Origin: a virus
Lineage: Duplodnaviria > Caudoviricetes
Length of the DNA stretch: 37,978 bases
Direction: 5' to 3' (one strand)
IMG/VR virus record: IMGVR_UViG_3300025018_000291
Span: 1 to 37,978 of that record
How positions within the stretch are numbered: position 1 is the stretch's first letter; every line of letters begins with the position of its first letter. The notes beneath the pieces were generated by a model. That model ran no database searches, had not been told where the DNA came from, and saw only the letters and a list, made by a program, of their open reading frames with translations. The position numbers and the translations under genes were made by a program. This document shows, piece by piece, positions 8,782 through 17,483 of this stretch.

Positions 8782-9015
8782 ATGACCGCCACCGCCACCG
8801 CCCACGCCCACCGCCAGATCACCGCCGACCGCCGCTTCGGCCTGACCACCGCCCCGGCGGTCTACGACTGGAACCTCGACATCGACTGCGGGAAGACCGG
8901 CCGCTTCACCACCTTCCGCGGCACCAAGGTCGCGGCGAAGCGCGCCGCGGTCCAGCTCGCCGCCCGCGCCGGCGCCCGCATCCACATGAGCGCGGTCAAG
9001 CTGACCGGCTGCTGA
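8782..9015 (+). CDS. small basic hypothetical protein
   Basis: GGGGAG RBS, MTATAT start, GC3 bias. Confidence 0.7.
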   Translation: MTATATAHAHRQITADRRFGLTTAPAVYDWNLDIDCGKTGRFTTFRGTKVAAKRAAVQLAARAGARIHMSAVKLTGC

Positions 9016-9025
9016 GAGGAGGCCC

Positions 9026-9610
9026 ATGAGCAGGTTCAGGCAGGTCAACGGCCGCGAGTTCGACCTCGCGGCCCCGGACCCGGAGGCGATCAGCCCGGAG
9101 ATGATCGCGCACGCCCTCGCGATGATCTGCCGCTACGGAGGGCACGTCCCGAGCCACTACAGCGTGGCCCAGCATTCGGTGGAGGTGGCTCGGCTTCTCC
9201 CCCGGCCGCTGCAACTCGCCGGGCTGCTTCACGATGCCCACGAGGGGCTCGGGATCGGCGACATCATCGGTCCGGCGAAGGCGCTGCTGAAGCCGGCGAT
9301 CAAGGAGGTGGAGGCGCGCGTCGATCGGGCGGTCGCCGAGCGCTTCGGCCTCCAGTTCTCCGAGCTTCGGGCGCCGCCGGTGAAGCGCGCCGACCTGATC
9401 CTGCTGCGGACCGAGCAGCGCGACCTTCGTGGGTTCGGCCCGCACCTCGGCGAGGGCGATGGCGTCGATGGGCTCGAGCGCCGGCTTCGGCCCTGGCGCG
9501 CGGCTCGGGCTCGCCGGGCGTGGCTGGCGATGTTCTACGACCTCACCCGAACGGGCGAGCGCGCGCCGCTGGCGCTTCGGATCGCGAGGCGCATCCCGTG
9601 GATGGCGTGA
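9026..9610 (+). CDS. HD-domain phosphohydrolase (YfdR/YfbR-like 5'-deoxynucleotidase)
   Basis: IAHALAMICRYGGH..HYSVAQHSV, LLHDAHE, VKRAD. Confidence 0.85.
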   Translation: MSRFRQVNGREFDLAAPDPEAISPEMIAHALAMICRYGGHVPSHYSVAQHSVEVARLLPRPLQLAGLLHDAHEGLGIGDIIGPAKALLKPAIKEVEARVDRAVAERFGLQFSELRAPPVKRADLILLRTEQRDLRGFGPHLGEGDGVDGLERRLRPWRAARARRAWLAMFYDLTRTGERAPLALRIARRIPWMA

Positions 9611-10107
9611 CCCCGACGATCTACCTCACCAACGCCGGATCGGTCGTGCAGGTCCGGCGAGGCCGGGCGACCGACGAGACCCGCGCCTGTGTCGGCCCGC
9701 GGTCGCAGATCACCATCATGGCGAAGCCTCGGGCGCAGTACGGGGAGGACGGCATCGGCCGGGTCGAGGCGCTGACCCCGCCGGCGGAGATGGTCGACGA
9801 CGCGAAGGCGGGCTGGCTCGGGATCGACGAGTACCGCGAGGCGTACACTGGACCGCTTCTTGCGGCGGGCACCGGGCGGCTCGAGCCCGGCCGGCTCGCC
9901 TATCAGCCCTGGGGGAGCGGGCCTCCGATGCTCGTCGAGGACTGAGACACCTTGACATGCGCGTGCGGGAGAGCTTCCGCTGCACGAGGGGCGTGCCATC
10001 GGGTGTGGGCCGCTGCTATGCTGGTGCTCGCCGGCTGGCGCGTCGTCCTCGACGGGCGCGAGCTGGACGCCGGCGGAGCGCAAGAGGTACTCGCGCTCGA
10101 TCCCTGA
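9607..10107 (+). pseudogene. DUF488-like protein interrupted by in-frame TGA (9943-9945)
   Basis: Same frame continues DTLTCACGRASAARGACHRVWAAAML...LDP-stop after the TGA. Confidence 0.55.
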
Positions 10108-10147
10108 TGCGCTATGATGCGCCCGGAACATCGACGAGGAGTCCAAC

Positions 10148-11242
10148 ATGGCCACGCACCGCGCCACCCTGCTCGCCGCCGCCGGAGTCGATCGCTTCGC
10201 CTACAAGGAGTGGTCGTGGCCCCAGGTCGGCGCCTCCCAGGTCATCGGCGACGACGCCAAGACCTACCTCCTGGCCAACCGCGCCGGGTGGTTCAGCTAC
10301 GCCGTCGAGGACGGCGCCGCGACCATCGAGACGCCGGACTACGCCGACAGCACGCGGCTGAGCCCGACCGAGCGCGAGCAGACCCGCAAGCTGCTCGAGA
10401 GCACCCCCGACGACAGCAACCCGCTGCCGCTGCAGGTCCCCCGGGTCGCCGACGCCGCCGCGCTCGCGGCGCTCACCGGCGTCCACGACGGCGACCTCGT
10501 CTACCAGCTCGACACCGACGTGCTCTACCTGCGGCACAGCGGCGCCTGGGTGGCGCTGCGCACCGCGCTCGACGCCGCCGCCGGCACCTTCGCGGTCCCG
10601 ACCGTCGCCGACGCCGCCGGGCTCGCCGCCCTCGGGGCGGTGGACGACGGCACGATCGTCTACCAGCTCGACACCGACGAGTATCAGATCCGGCTCAACG
10701 GCGCGTGGCATGTGATCGCGACCGAGGCCGCGTTCGCCGCCGGCGCCCTGGCCATCCCGGCGGTGGCCGACGACGCCGCGAAGACCGCCCTCGGGGCGGT
10801 GGACGACGGCACGATCGTCTACCAGACCGACACCAACGTCTTCTATCTGCGCCTCGGCGGGGCCTGGAAGGCGATCCTGACCGAAGACGACGCGGTCGCC
10901 CACATGACCATCGCCGCCGCGCTCGGTGCCGAGGCCGGCAACGTCATCCGCGCGACCCTGATGGTCAGCGAGGCCGCCGGCGACGTGCTCTGCGAGCTGC
11001 TGACCGGGGGCTGCGTGGCCGCCGACCCGGTGGCCGGGCAGGCGCTGGACGTGGTGACCGGCACCGCGCTCAGCGACGACGTGCCCGGGTCCAACGGCTC
11101 CCTGCTCATGCAGGCCGACGCGGGCTCGATCGTCCTCGACATCATCGACAAGTCCGCGCTCCTGGCCGGCGACGTCTGGCTCAAGTCCACCCAGATCTCG
11201 CAGCCCGGCAAGCCGCTGATGACCAAGGTCACCTTCGCCTGA
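10148..11242 (+). CDS. probable virion decoration/fibre protein: YqbF-like N-domain, three 53-aa repeats, C-terminal beta domain
   Basis: GAGGAG RBS; repeats (V/I)PxVADxAxxxALxxVxDGxxVYQxDTxxxxxRxxGAW. Confidence 0.65.
   Translation: MATHRATLLAAAGVDRFAYKEWSWPQVGASQVIGDDAKTYLLANRAGWFSYAVEDGAATIETPDYADSTRLSPTEREQTRKLLESTPDDSNPLPLQVPRVADAAALAALTGVHDGDLVYQLDTDVLYLRHSGAWVALRTALDAAAGTFAVPTVADAAGLAALGAVDDGTIVYQLDTDEYQIRLNGAWHVIATEAAFAAGALAIPAVADDAAKTALGAVDDGTIVYQTDTNVFYLRLGGAWKAILTEDDAVAHMTIAAALGAEAGNVIRATLMVSEAAGDVLCELLTGGCVAADPVAGQALDVVTGTALSDDVPGSNGSLLMQADAGSIVLDIIDKSALLAGDVWLKSTQISQPGKPLMTKVTFA
10436..10880 (+). repeat. three tandem 159-bp coding repeats
   Basis: Period 159 nt (10436/10595/10754); 41-bp exact identity 10626-10666 vs 10785-10825. 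Confidence 0.85.
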
Positions 11243-11259
11243 TCTGAGGAGGCCGGCCC

Positions 11260-11865
11260 GTGGCGACCTACAGCGCGACCCTCATCGCTGGCCGCGGGCC
11301 GACCACCTTCGGCTACGAGGTCTACAAGTGGACCGCCGGCGGCAAGTCCGTCGTGGTGGGCGAGGCCACCAAGACCTACATCGAGACACTCATCAACGAC
11401 GACGGCGAGGCGCTCTTCGCCATCGTCGTGGCCGACCCGGACGGCAGCATCATCCTCGTGGACCCGCCGAAGCCGGTCGGCTTCGTCGAGATGACCTTCG
11501 AGGGCGACTTCGACGAGTGCCCTGACGTCAGCGGATTCACCAGCAGTTCGATCAGCGTCAACGTACCGTTCAAGCGCTGGGTGCTGACCAAGATCGATCT
11601 GACCAAGATTGCCGGCGACTACGCCGGAGCGCTCTCCGGTAACTTCTTCTTCCAAGTCAGCGTCGAGGCCACGCCCCGCAGCGTCGAGCCGATGTTCCTT
11701 TTCGGCGATGCGCTGCCGGCGGAGTACAGCAACGGCGAGATGGTCTTCGTGTCCGACGACACGACGACCGTCGACCTGACCCTCGAGTACAACATCTTCG
11801 GCCCGGCCGGGGAGTCGCTGCAGGTGCGGGCGACCCTGACGGTTCACGCCTTCGTGGAGGTCTGA
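11260..11865 (+). CDS. probable virion decoration protein: YqbF-like N-domain plus beta-sandwich
   Basis: N-terminus MATYSATLIAG..SVVVGEATKTYI parallels the upstream gene. Confidence 0.6.
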   Translation: MATYSATLIAGRGPTTFGYEVYKWTAGGKSVVVGEATKTYIETLINDDGEALFAIVVADPDGSIILVDPPKPVGFVEMTFEGDFDECPDVSGFTSSSISVNVPFKRWVLTKIDLTKIAGDYAGALSGNFFFQVSVEATPRSVEPMFLFGDALPAEYSNGEMVFVSDDTTTVDLTLEYNIFGPAGESLQVRATLTVHAFVEV

Positions 11866-11866
11866 G

Positions 11867-12193
11867 ATGGCCAGCGTCACCAAGGTCATCCTCGGGCGCC
11901 TCTTTGGAGCGCCGTTCGATGTTGAGATGCCGGTCGGGGCCGAGGTGCTGGGCCTTCGGCTCGAGCGACCCAACTTCGTCCTCGACGTGCTCGCAGACGA
12001 CCCGGGCGACACCGAGACGTGGACCGTGGCGCTGATCGGCCCCGGGCAGAGCATCGACCCGATGCCTGCCTCTCGGATCGAGGGGGCGAGCATCGACGGT
12101 GGGCGTCGCGTGTACGCGGTTCGGATGGCCGACGCCTCTCGGGCTGGTCGAGGCCCCATCTCGGCCCCCCCAGGTCAGATTTCCCCTCCATAG
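11867..12193 (+). CDS. phage hypothetical protein
   Basis: GGAGGT RBS; EMPVGAEVL...IGPGQ pattern common in phage small proteins. Confidence 0.6.
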   Translation: MASVTKVILGRLFGAPFDVEMPVGAEVLGLRLERPNFVLDVLADDPGDTETWTVALIGPGQSIDPMPASRIEGASIDGGRRVYAVRMADASRAGRGPISAPPGQISPP

Positions 12194-12196
12194 GGG

Positions 12197-12226
12197 TTGA
12201 ATGCCGGGCGCGGAGTCCGGTAAGGT
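12197..12226 (+). promoter_or_regulatory. repeated promoter/operator copy 6
   Basis: TTGAATG-CCGGGCGCGGAGTCCGG-TAAGGT. Confidence 0.7.
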
Positions 12227-12257
12227 TGGCGCTGAAGCAACCCTCGCGAGCGCCACG

Positions 12258-13121
12258 ATGAAGCTCTCCGACGCGACCCTCTTCTGCTTCGACCTCGAGA
12301 CGACCGGGGTCGAGATCGGCCAGGACCGGGTGGTCGAGCTGGGCGCCGCCTACTCGGTGGCCGGCGAGCCCGGCCCGACATTCAGGACGCTCGTCGACCC
12401 GGAGGTCCCCATCCCGCCGGAGGCGACTGAGATCCACGGCATCGGCGACAAGGACGTGGAGGGGGCGCCGACGTGGCGCGCGGTCGCCCAACGCCTGATC
12501 CACCACCTCGCCGGGCACTACCTCGAGAGCGTTGACCCCTGGCACGAGGGCCGGCCGGTCCTCGTCGGCTACAACGCCGTTCACTTCGACGCGCCGTTCA
12601 TCAACGCCGAGCAGGAGCGCATCGGGCAGGGGCCGCTCATCGACCCGGCGATGGTCATCGACCCGATCATCTGGATCAGGTGGTTCCAGCGTGCCGGCTA
12701 TCCTGGGCCGAATGGGAAGCGCAGCCGCCGGCTCGGCGACGTCTGCTGGCACTTCGGGATCGACCTGAGCCGGGCGCATTCGGCCGACGCCGACGCCGCC
12801 GCCACCCTCCGGCTGCTCCTGACGCTGATCGACCGCGGCGTGCTGCCCGACAGCGTCGACGAGCTGCTCGAGCGCCAGCGCGGATTCGAGCGCTGCCTCG
12901 CCTTCGAGCATGCCGAGTGGGCGCACTACCTCTATCTCGACCGGGACGCCTGGACGAGCTTCCCGCCCGAGGCCCAGATCGATCGGCTGCGGCTCGGCTT
13001 CGGGAAGCATTCGGGTTCGCGGCTCGTGGATCAGCCGAGCTACGTCGCCTTCTGCCTGCAGAAGTTCGGCGCCGACATCCCTGCGCCGGCCCGGGCGCTG
13101 TTTGAGGAGGTGGTGCGTTGA
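12258..13121 (+). CDS. DEDDh 3'-5' exonuclease (DnaQ/ExoX-like)
   Basis: FDLETTG, EIHGI, GYNAVHFD, AHSADAD, C-terminal FGKH. Confidence 0.88.
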   Translation: MKLSDATLFCFDLETTGVEIGQDRVVELGAAYSVAGEPGPTFRTLVDPEVPIPPEATEIHGIGDKDVEGAPTWRAVAQRLIHHLAGHYLESVDPWHEGRPVLVGYNAVHFDAPFINAEQERIGQGPLIDPAMVIDPIIWIRWFQRAGYPGPNGKRSRRLGDVCWHFGIDLSRAHSADADAAATLRLLLTLIDRGVLPDSVDELLERQRGFERCLAFEHAEWAHYLYLDRDAWTSFPPEAQIDRLRLGFGKHSGSRLVDQPSYVAFCLQKFGADIPAPARALFEEVVR

Positions 13122-13336
13122 TCCGAGACGACCTTGAGACGATCGCCGGCGACCTCGCCGACCAGGGCGACGCGCTCGCGCGCGCTGCGGAGCTGGTCGG
13201 AGACGGGTCCGGCCCGGAGGAGATCGCCGCCGCGCTGATCCAGCTCTCGCTGGCCCGGCGCATGATGGAGCGCGCCCTCGAACAGTCGGGGGCGCTGTTG
13301 GATCGGCTCGCTGTGGCCGCGTCCGAAGTGACTTGA
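13118..13336 (+). CDS. small helical hypothetical protein
   Basis: TTGA overlap, GAGGAGG RBS. Confidence 0.55.
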   Translation: MIRDDLETIAGDLADQGDALARAAELVGDGSGPEEIAAALIQLSLARRMMERALEQSGALLDRLAVAASEVT

Positions 13337-13361
13337 CGCCGGCCGCTGCGTCCGGCAACGT
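13333..13361 (+). promoter_or_regulatory. repeated promoter/operator copy 7
   Basis: TTGACG-CCGGCCGCTGCGTCCGG-CAACGT. Confidence 0.65.
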
Positions 13362-13390
13362 GAGCGAAGGCCGAAACCCAGAGGTGACCG

Positions 13391-13741
13391 ATGGCCGATG
13401 TGGACCTGAACCTGCTGACCGTCAACAAGGGGGCGCTCGAGCGGCGCTTCCAGGGCGCCCTGAAGACGGTCGCCGCAACGATGGGCGACAAGGAGTTGGT
13501 CGGGAAGACCCGCACCATCACCCTGACGATCAAGATGACCCCCGACGACGACGAGTTCGTCAAGGTGGAGACGAGCTGCCAGCTCAAGCTGCCGGTGACC
13601 ACCGACGTCGGCACCGGCTGGGTGCAGAACACCGAGTCGGACGAGGCGAGCTTCGGCACCAAGGAGTACGGCGTCGACCCCCGTCAGGAGGAGATGCCGG
13701 GCATCGAGCGCGTGACCCCGATCCGCCGGGGCAAGGACTGA
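13391..13741 (+). CDS. YfdP-like phage protein (typical upstream partner of DUF2303)
   Basis: GALERRF..AL..V...RTITLTIKMTP pattern and position. Confidence 0.6.
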   Translation: MADVDLNLLTVNKGALERRFQGALKTVAATMGDKELVGKTRTITLTIKMTPDDDEFVKVETSCQLKLPVTTDVGTGWVQNTESDEASFGTKEYGVDPRQEEMPGIERVTPIRRGKD

Positions 13742-13792
13742 GGAGCGCCGCCGGGCGCACCTCGCTGACCAACGAGAAGGAGCGAGAGACCG

Positions 13793-14608
13793 ATGCAGAT
13801 CATCAAGGCTCTGCTGGGGCACATCACCGAGCTGGCGAAGGCCGCCGGCCCGCCGAGCGAGCCGATCAAGCCCGGCGCGCTCAGCGTCTTCCTGAAGCGC
13901 GACGGCTACCAGCCCGCCACCGTCGACCTGCGCCCGCCGCGGAAGGTCCACACCGTGGGTGACGTCGTCAGCCTCTGCGACTACCTCAACCGCCACGGGG
14001 TGCCCGGGCAGACCACCGTCTTCTGCACCGCCGAGCGGTTCATCGCGGTGATCGACGACCGCACCACCGAGGACGGCGGCGTCGACCGCGACTGGATCGA
14101 CCTCGTGCCCGAGCCCTCGACCGCCTTCGAGGACTGGAAGGGGGCGTTCCGCAAGGGCGTCTTCACCCACGTGGCCTTCCGCAACTTCCTCGAGGACCAC
14201 AAGGCCGACGTCGTCACCAAGAGCATGGTGGCCGCGGTCAAGGGCTTCGCGGTCGACCAGAGCGTCGAGTACTCGTCCGACCTCAACAAGGGCGAGGCGA
14301 TCGTGCTCAAGACCCGCGTCGAGCGGGGGCAGAAGACCGAGAGCGGCATCGTCGAGCTGGACCGCAGCTTCGAGGTCGAGATCCCGCTGCTCGTCGGCTG
14401 GGAGAAGACATACCGCCTCGAGGTCCGCGTCGAGGCCGACCTGCAGGGCGCCGGCGTCCGCTTCGCCATCTCGCCGAAGAACCTCACCGAGGTGATGCAC
14501 CAGCTCCTGAACGATCAGGTGGCCCACCTCCGCGAGACGCTCGGCGACGGCTGGCTGGTGGTGCGTGGCGTTCCGAAGCTCGAGGCGCCGAGCGGGCGCG
14601 GCTACTGA
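13793..14608 (+). CDS. DUF2303 (YfdQ) family protein
   Basis: SLCDYLNRH, AVID, FRNFLEDH, FEVEIP pattern; ~270 aa. Confidence 0.7.
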   Translation: MQIIKALLGHITELAKAAGPPSEPIKPGALSVFLKRDGYQPATVDLRPPRKVHTVGDVVSLCDYLNRHGVPGQTTVFCTAERFIAVIDDRTTEDGGVDRDWIDLVPEPSTAFEDWKGAFRKGVFTHVAFRNFLEDHKADVVTKSMVAAVKGFAVDQSVEYSSDLNKGEAIVLKTRVERGQKTESGIVELDRSFEVEIPLLVGWEKTYRLEVRVEADLQGAGVRFAISPKNLTEVMHQLLNDQVAHLRETLGDGWLVVRGVPKLEAPSGRGY

Positions 14609-14612
14609 GCCG

Positions 14613-15689
14613 GTGCCTCGATCGGAGGTCCTTGACCGGGTGATCGAGACGATCGCCCGGGCCGGCGGCGCGATGCACACCTCCGACATCATCAAGGCGC
14701 TGCCGGACCTCTCCCCCCAGCAGATCTACGACTCGGTCGCCGGAACAGCCCGGGCGAAGCACCGTCCGAAGCTGCGGCGCGGCGACCACCGGGTCTACAG
14801 CCTCACGGAGCACGGCCGGAAGCGGGCCGCCGAGCTGGGGATCTTCGTGACCGCCAGCCGGGTCGGAGACCGCCGGAACGACGTGATCCGGGCCGCCGCG
14901 AACAGGCAGCGCCGGCGAGAGGCCGCGCGCTCTCGCCGGCGGCACTTCGAGAGGGTCTGGCGCGACGAGGGCAGGGTGGTCCAGCCGAGGGGCGTGCTCG
15001 AATGGCGCCGGCGGCATCTGCAGGTCCAGCTCGATCTGCCGGAGGAGTTCGTCGCCGAACTGGATGCCGAGCTTCGCCGGCGAGGACTGCAGCGTGGCCG
15101 CAGCCCCCTGATGCGGCTCGCCTGGAGGATCGCGCGCGACACCATCATGGGCTGGCCAACCCTCCGGCTGCCCGGCCCCGAGCCCGAGCCCGAGTACGAG
15201 CCTCCGGCGGTGGACCCTCCGCGCCGGCCCGAGCTGGAGCCCCCCGTGTTCCGCGACCTCATCGAAGACCGCCGGGCGTCGATCCGCGAGACGGAGATGC
15301 GCGCGGAGCGAGACCGCAGGGTGGAGGAGGCGTGCGCCGGCGCACTGCAGGCCCTGGCCGACGGCCCGGCCCCGGCCTGCAAGCTGATCAGCGCGATGGG
15401 GGTGGGGAAGACGACCGGGTTCGCCCGGCTGAAGGCAGCGGTGGAGATCGGGATCGTCGACCGGGTCGGGCGCGGGGTCTACGCGCTGCCCGACGCCGAT
15501 GCTGACGTCGCTGCGCCGCTGCGAGACCGGATCGTCCGGGCGCTTGCAGCAGACACGATGAGCATCGCCGAGGTGGCCCGCGCTCTTGGCGAGGATCGGA
15601 TCAGGGTGAAGGAGGCGGTCCACCGTCTCGTGCGCCAGGGTCGGGTGGAGCGAGTCCGCGCGGGCGCCTACAGGAGCAGACCGAGATGA
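14613..15689 (+). CDS. multi winged-helix DNA-binding protein (start uncertain)
   Basis: Three wHTH-like segments ending RVYSLT, VDRVGRGVYAL, VERVRAGAYR. Confidence 0.6.
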   Translation: MPRSEVLDRVIETIARAGGAMHTSDIIKALPDLSPQQIYDSVAGTARAKHRPKLRRGDHRVYSLTEHGRKRAAELGIFVTASRVGDRRNDVIRAAANRQRRREAARSRRRHFERVWRDEGRVVQPRGVLEWRRRHLQVQLDLPEEFVAELDAELRRRGLQRGRSPLMRLAWRIARDTIMGWPTLRLPGPEPEPEYEPPAVDPPRRPELEPPVFRDLIEDRRASIRETEMRAERDRRVEEACAGALQALADGPAPACKLISAMGVGKTTGFARLKAAVEIGIVDRVGRGVYALPDADADVAAPLRDRIVRALAADTMSIAEVARALGEDRIRVKEAVHRLVRQGRVERVRAGAYRSRPR

Positions 15690-16557
15690 TCGAGAAGACC
15701 AAGGCCCGGCCCTTCCTGAAGTGGGCCGGCGGCAAGCGCCGGATGGCAGAGCGCATCCTCCAGATCGCGCCGCCGGAGGTGCCGATCTACATCGAGCCCT
15801 TCATCGGTGGCGGGGCGATCTTCTTTGCCCTGGCCGCCGCCGGCCGGCTGACCGGCGAGGTGATCCTGGCCGACCGCACGACGCGCTCGCGGAGGCGTGG
15901 CAGATGGTCCGCGACGCGCCGCACGCGGTGATCCGGCTGGCCGAGCGGTGGAGCTACGACGAGGAGACCTACTACCACGTCCTCGACAAGCTCGACCCCG
16001 AGGGGCCGGTGGAACGCGCGGCCCGGCTGCTCTGGCTCAACCGGACGTGCTTCAACGGCCTCTACCGCCTCAACTCGAGCGGGAAGTTCAACGTCGCCTT
16101 CGGGCGGTACAAGAATCCCCGGACGGTCGACGCCGAGAACATCCTGCGCTGCGCCCGCGTGCTGCAGGACTGCCGGATCATCGCCGGCGACTTCGAGGAG
16201 GTGGTCGAGGAGCATGTTGGCTCGGGCGCCTTCGTCTACCTCGACCCGCCCTACGTCCCGCGCAGCGAGACGTCGAGCTTCACGTGCTACGACGGCACGC
16301 GCTTCCTCGAGCCGGACCAGCGCCGGGTCGGCGCGCTCGTCCAGCGCCTCGGCGCTCGGCGCGACGTGACCGCGGTGGCGCACAACTCCGACGTCCCGCT
16401 GACCCGCGAGATCTGGTTCGGGCTCGACGGGGTGGCGCTCGAGACGGTGGAGGCGCGCCGCAACATCAGCCGCAACGGCCAGGGGCGAGGCCCGGTGGCC
16501 GAGCTGATCATGTCCGTCCGTCCGAGGCCGCGCGCGACAGAGCGTAAGTCCGCGTAA
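15686..16557 (+). pseudogene. dam: Dam family DNA adenine methyltransferase with a 1-nt deletion near 15878
   Basis: PFLKWAGGK, YIEPFIGGGA, ILAD in frame 1; LNRTCFNGLYR.N..GKFNV.FG and YLDPPY in the shifted frame. Confidence 0.8.
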
Positions 16558-16601
16558 TCCCGCTAGAATGTCGATTGTGGGCATCTTTCTCGAATAGGGG
16601 G

Positions 16602-16630
16602 TGGATACCGGACGCGGTTTCCGGCATATT
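16602..16630 (+). promoter_or_regulatory. repeated promoter/operator copy 8
   Basis: TGGATA-CCGGACGCGGTTTCCGG-CATATT. Confidence 0.7.
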
Positions 16631-16701
16631 GGTAGACACAAAGGGGGACGGACCCCCTACCAACCCCGGGCGAGGCGCCCGGACAGACCAAGGAGCCAGC
16701 C

Positions 16702-17421
16702 ATGACCGCCACCGCCATCACCCTCGCCGGAGCCCGCGCGACCCTCGAGACCACCGACCGCGAGAACCTGATCGAGACCCTCAAGGCCGCGAGCTTGGGC
16801 AACGTCCGCGAAATCTACGAGGCCGCCGGCTGCGAGCCGAACCGGAGCCCCAACAAGACCTTCCTGGCCCGCCGGATCGCCGACGCCATCGAGGCCGCCA
16901 TCGAGGCCGAGGCGAAGGCCGCCGAGACCGAGAAGCAGATGGCCGAGGACGCGGCCTTCGAGGACCGGCAGAAGACCCGGGCGGCGACCGCCGACCCCAC
17001 CGACGGCCTGACCGACGAGGAGATCGCCCAGCGCTACGCCGCCGGCGACGACAACCTGAAGCCGCGCCACCTCAACGTCGAGCAGCTCCGCCGCGCCTAC
17101 GAGATCGCGGTCGGGCGCACCACGGGCTCCACGGACCGCGGCTACCTCGTCTGGAAGATCCGCGAGGCCCTGAAGGGCAACATCACGGTCGGCGCCATCG
17201 AGCGGAAGACGACCAGCTCGAGCGACCAGATGGCCCTCCCCTTCCGGGTCGCCCGGGATGACGTCCCGACCCTCGACGCCGCCTGGGAGGCCCTGGGCTT
17301 CAAGAGCCGGATGGACTTCCTGCGCCACGCGGTCGCCTTCACCCTGAGCTACACCGGCAACGGCATCCCCGCGGCCCTCGCCGGCTGGTTCGACGCCGAC
17401 AAGGTCGAGACCAACGGCTGA
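16702..17421 (+). CDS. regulator with C-terminal ribbon-helix-helix (CopG-like) domain
   Basis: QMALPFRVARDDVPTLDAAWEALGFKSRMDFLRHAV; AAGGAG RBS. Confidence 0.7.
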   Translation: MTATAITLAGARATLETTDRENLIETLKAASLGNVREIYEAAGCEPNRSPNKTFLARRIADAIEAAIEAEAKAAETEKQMAEDAAFEDRQKTRAATADPTDGLTDEEIAQRYAAGDDNLKPRHLNVEQLRRAYEIAVGRTTGSTDRGYLVWKIREALKGNITVGAIERKTTSSSDQMALPFRVARDDVPTLDAAWEALGFKSRMDFLRHAVAFTLSYTGNGIPAALAGWFDADKVETNG

Positions 17422-17441
17422 GCCCAGGGGGCTCCGAACAG

Positions 17442-17463
17442 AGGCCGGCCTCCGGGCCGGCCT
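17442..17463. terminator. hairpin downstream of the RHH gene
   Basis: AGGCCGGCC-TCCG-GGCCGGCCT. Confidence 0.4.
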
Positions 17464-17483
17464 TAGCCATGAAGGAGGACGCC

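Noticed and set aside
9943-9945. Selenocysteine or genome-wide TGA recoding
   Set aside because: TGA is the normal stop for most genes here; the position fits Gly rather than Cys; no evident SECIS
10436-10880. Repeats as a diversity-generating retroelement TR/VR pair
   Set aside because: In-frame tandem units, differences not adenine-specific, no reverse transcriptase in the window
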